Positions 61,473 to 64,000 of a stretch of DNA of 64,000 bases are shown piece after piece. Each line of letters begins with the position of its first letter. Positions within the stretch are counted from its first letter, which is position 1. A program made the position numbers and the translations under genes. The notes beneath the pieces were generated by a model that was not told the DNA's origin, searched no databases, and saw only the letters and a program-made list of their open reading frames with translations. The stretch covers positions 214,964 to 278,963 of the forward strand of contig CAWHHZ010000001.1 in NCBI GenBank assembly GCA_963829355.1, read 5' to 3'. The DNA comes from an uncultured Acidobacteriota bacterium (GTDB lineage: Bacteria; Acidobacteriota; Thermoanaerobaculia; Gp7-AA8; JAHWKK01).

Positions 61473-62251
61473 CGAATGATTCCTCTCTGAGAGGTACGAA
61501 CGAAGTCGATCAGATAGCTGACTTCAGGGAGCTCTCCCAGATCAGCCTCGATCTTCTCCAATGCGGCTTCCCGTCTCATCTTCGATCGCACCAGCACCCG
61601 GTACGCCTGCTGGAGCGCATGAATGGTATCCGGAGAAAATCCTTTTCTTTCCAGTCCTATGGTGTTGACGCCATAGGTCTTCGGTGGGCGTGCGCCCACG
61701 GTCTTCATGAACGGCAGGACGTCCTGAGTGGCAATCGTCCATCCGCCGGTGAACGCGTAGTTGCCGACCTTGCAGAACTGATGAATCGCGGTGAAAGCTC
61801 CGATCACAGCGTGATCACCGACCTCGACGTGGCCAGCCAGTGTTCCGCCATTTGCGAAAAGGACATTCGACCCGACGATGCAGTCGTGAGCGATGTGCGA
61901 ATACACCATCAGGAAATTGTCGTGCCCGATGACAGTCTTTCCTCCGCCGCCAACAGTTCCCCGGTTGATCGAGATGAACTCTCTGAATGTGTTCCGGTCG
62001 CCGATCGTCAGCGTCGTCTTCTCACCCTTGAACTTGAGATCCTGCGGCTCCGTGCCGATCGAGGATTGTCCGAAGAAGCGGTTGTCTCGACCGATCGTGG
62101 TCGGCCCTTCGATCCGCGTCGACGGACCGAGCCAGGTTCCATCACCGATGACGACATCCGGGCCGACGAAGCACCAGGGGCCGACTTCGACGCCGTCGCC
62201 GAGTACGGCACCCTCTTCGACAATGGCTGTCTGGTGGATCACGTTGCTCAT
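61469..62251 (-). CDS. lpxA: acyl-ACP:UDP-N-acetylglucosamine O-acyltransferase
   Basis: MSNVIHQTAIVEEGAVLGDGVEVGPWCFVG hexapeptide repeats; conserved position after fabZ. Confidence 0.9.
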   Translation of the reverse strand: MSNVIHQTAIVEEGAVLGDGVEVGPWCFVGPDVVIGDGTWLGPSTRIEGPTTIGRDNRFFGQSSIGTEPQDLKFKGEKTTLTIGDRNTFREFISINRGTVGGGGKTVIGHDNFLMVYSHIAHDCIVGSNVLFANGGTLAGHVEVGDHAVIGAFTAIHQFCKVGNYAFTGGWTIATQDVLPFMKTVGARPPKTYGVNTIGLERKGFSPDTIHALQQAYRVLVRSKMRREAALEKIEADLGELPEVSYLIDFVRTSQRGIIR

Positions 62252-62688
62252 GCCGGCCGGTCCGAAACGATCGACATGAGCTCTGCTTCGGCAACGACTT
62301 TGCCGTCGACTCGCGCCGATCCCTTGAATTTTGCAGAGGAAGAGCGAGCCTGCAGGACGACCATCTCCAGAATGAGCTGGTCTCCCGGCACCACGGGCTT
62401 CCGAAAACGCGCCTTGTCGATCCCGCCGAAGTAGAAGAGCTTCTTGTCCCGATCCTCGAGATCCTTGAGGAACAGGATTGCGCCGCACTGCGCGAGCGCC
62501 TCGATGATCAGCACGCCGGGCATGATCGGGGCTCCCGGAAAATGGCCCTGAAAGTGTGGCTCATTCGCGGTGACGTTTTTCAGTCCCACAATTCTCTTGT
62601 TGTCTTCCCATTCGATGATCCGGTCGACCAGAAGAAGAGGAAACCGGTGGGGCAGCATTTTGAGTATGTCCTGTATCGTTAGCATCAT
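62248..62688 (-). CDS. fabZ: 3-hydroxyacyl-ACP dehydratase
   Basis: LPHRFPLLLVDRI...EPHFQGHFPGAPIMPGVL. Confidence 0.9.
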   Translation of the reverse strand: MMLTIQDILKMLPHRFPLLLVDRIIEWEDNKRIVGLKNVTANEPHFQGHFPGAPIMPGVLIIEALAQCGAILFLKDLEDRDKKLFYFGGIDKARFRKPVVPGDQLILEMVVLQARSSSAKFKGSARVDGKVVAEAELMSIVSDRPA

Positions 62689-63713
62689 CAGTCCTTCGGT
62701 GCGTTGTCGACGCGATATTTCTCGAGCTGCGAAAGGCGCTTCATCAGATTGGGGAGCTTCCGGATCATCGCATCACTCCGCCGTGTCTCCGTCAGAGGCC
62801 GCGCCGGCACTCCGGCGAGAGTGATCGGCCCGTCGAATGACTTGGTGACCGCAGTCTTCGCGGCAACCATCACCTGCGATCCAAGACGGATATGCCCCAC
62901 CGCTCCGGACTGACCGCCAAAGGCACAGTAGTCGCCGATGGTTGTCGAGCCGGCGATCCCGACCTGGCCCGCAAGGAAACAATGACGGCCGACCTCCACA
63001 TTGTGAGCGATCATGACCAGGTTGTCGATTTTTGTACCTTCTCTCACGATCGTGTCTTTGAGAGTCCCCCGGTCGATCGTCGTTCCCGAGCCGATTTCCA
63101 CGTCGTTTTCAATGACCACTCCGCCTATCTGAGGGATCTTGTGGTGGCGCCCGGCATGCGTTGCGAATCCAAAGCCATCGCCGCCGACCACAGCGCTCGA
63201 ATGGACGATGCAACGCTCACCCAGCGTCACCCCCTGATAGACGGTGACGTTGGGAAAGAGGACACTCTTCCGACCGATCGACACATGATCACCGATCGAG
63301 ACACCCTCCCGGATGATCACGTCATCCTCGATGACGGCGTGCTCACCGATCGTGACGAACGGACCGATCCGCACATCGCTTCCGAGCCTTGCGGAGTTTG
63401 CGATCACCGCGTGCGGCGAGATGCCCGGAGGTGCGGGGATCGTCCAGAACCACTCTCTGAGTACCTGTGAGAAGGCGAAGTAGGGGTTCTCGACCCGGAC
63501 CCAGGTATCGGAGCTTCCCTCCATATCCGCGGGGACGAGCAGGATGCCGGCGCCCGAACGACTCGCCGCGTCGGGGTCACCCGTGACGATGAATGACAGA
63601 TCGGTCACTCCCGCTTCATCAAGTGGCCGGACGCGCTCGACGACGATCCCGGCATCTCCGGTGGTGACACCTCCGGTGAGCTCTGCGACCTGAGTGATGG
63701 TGAGCATCGGCAC
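62688..63713 (-). CDS. lpxD: UDP-3-O-acylglucosamine N-acyltransferase
   Basis: 341 aa, hexapeptide-repeat LbH fold, LpxD N-terminal domain. Confidence 0.9.
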   Translation of the reverse strand: MPMLTITQVAELTGGVTTGDAGIVVERVRPLDEAGVTDLSFIVTGDPDAASRSGAGILLVPADMEGSSDTWVRVENPYFAFSQVLREWFWTIPAPPGISPHAVIANSARLGSDVRIGPFVTIGEHAVIEDDVIIREGVSIGDHVSIGRKSVLFPNVTVYQGVTLGERCIVHSSAVVGGDGFGFATHAGRHHKIPQIGGVVIENDVEIGSGTTIDRGTLKDTIVREGTKIDNLVMIAHNVEVGRHCFLAGQVGIAGSTTIGDYCAFGGQSGAVGHIRLGSQVMVAAKTAVTKSFDGPITLAGVPARPLTETRRSDAMIRKLPNLMKRLSQLEKYRVDNAPKD

Positions 63714-63737
63714 GGGCGCGAATTGTAACAGTGATCA

Positions 63738-63769
63738 ACAACAAAAAGCCCCCGCGGATCCGCGGGGGC
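63738..63769 (-). terminator. rho-independent terminator between skp and lpxD
   Basis: Minus-strand gcccccgcggatccgcgggggc followed by uuuuuguu. Confidence 0.6.
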
Positions 63770-63799
63770 TTTCGGAGTGATACGGGAGCTCGACTTCCT

Positions 63800-64000
63800 C
63801 AGTTCGCTGCGGTTCCGGCTCGCTCGTTCACGCGCTTGATGACGACGTCGGTGACGTCGACGGCATCAGATGCGTAGACGAGTCCGGACTCCATCTTGTT
63901 GAAGATGACTGCGAAGCCCATTTCCTTCCCGACCTCGTTGATCACCGGCATGATCTCCTTCTCGAGAGCCTGGAGCGAACGATCGCGATGAGCGGTGAGC
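63800..64000 (-). CDS. skp: OmpH/Skp periplasmic chaperone (3' part; gene continues beyond the window)
   Basis: ...LQALEKEIMPVINEVGKEMGFAVIFNKMESGLVYASDAVDVTDVVIKRVNER; classic bamA-skp-lpxD-fabZ-lpxA order. Confidence 0.6.

Overview
High-GC (~65-68%) bacterial chromosomal window; the gene content (MglA-like GTPase, exosortase, TPR/Ser-Thr kinase, many secreted DUF4097/LVIVD proteins) suggests an Acidobacteria/Gemmatimonadetes-like organism. It is mostly housekeeping and envelope genes. Conserved operons: ffh-rpsP-KH-rimM-trmD-rplS-rnhB and skp-lpxD-fabZ-lpxA. Also present: arginine deiminase genes arcA-arcC, pyrF, thiL, NAD-IDH, a family-X DNA polymerase, a Kef-type antiporter fused to USP domains, two tRNA-Ser genes, a cobalamin riboswitch upstream of a TonB-dependent receptor, and an ECF sigma/anti-sigma pair. 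Findings: (1) a BCP/PrxQ-type peroxiredoxin whose peroxidatic Cys codon is an in-frame TGA followed 9 nt later by a perfect hairpin, i.e. a candidate selenoprotein Prx with bacterial SECIS. (2) Directly upstream of it, a ~200-bp symmetric array of 8 GTGGAC plus 9 GTCCAC hexamers at 9-12 bp spacing around a palindromic centre, resembling high-GC DnaA boxes or an operator array. (3) A MITE/REP-like repeat family with GTCATCCTGAG terminal inverted repeats, at least 9 copies at gene 3' ends and flanking tRNAs, whose ends often supply the stop codon. (4) About 30 apparent single-base frameshifts splitting conserved genes, including essential ffh, so many track ORFs are fragments of one gene; this looks like assembly indel error rather than biology. 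(5) A rimM-trmD continuous ORF, divergent genes with overlapping start codons, and same-frame ORF pairs separated only by TGA.
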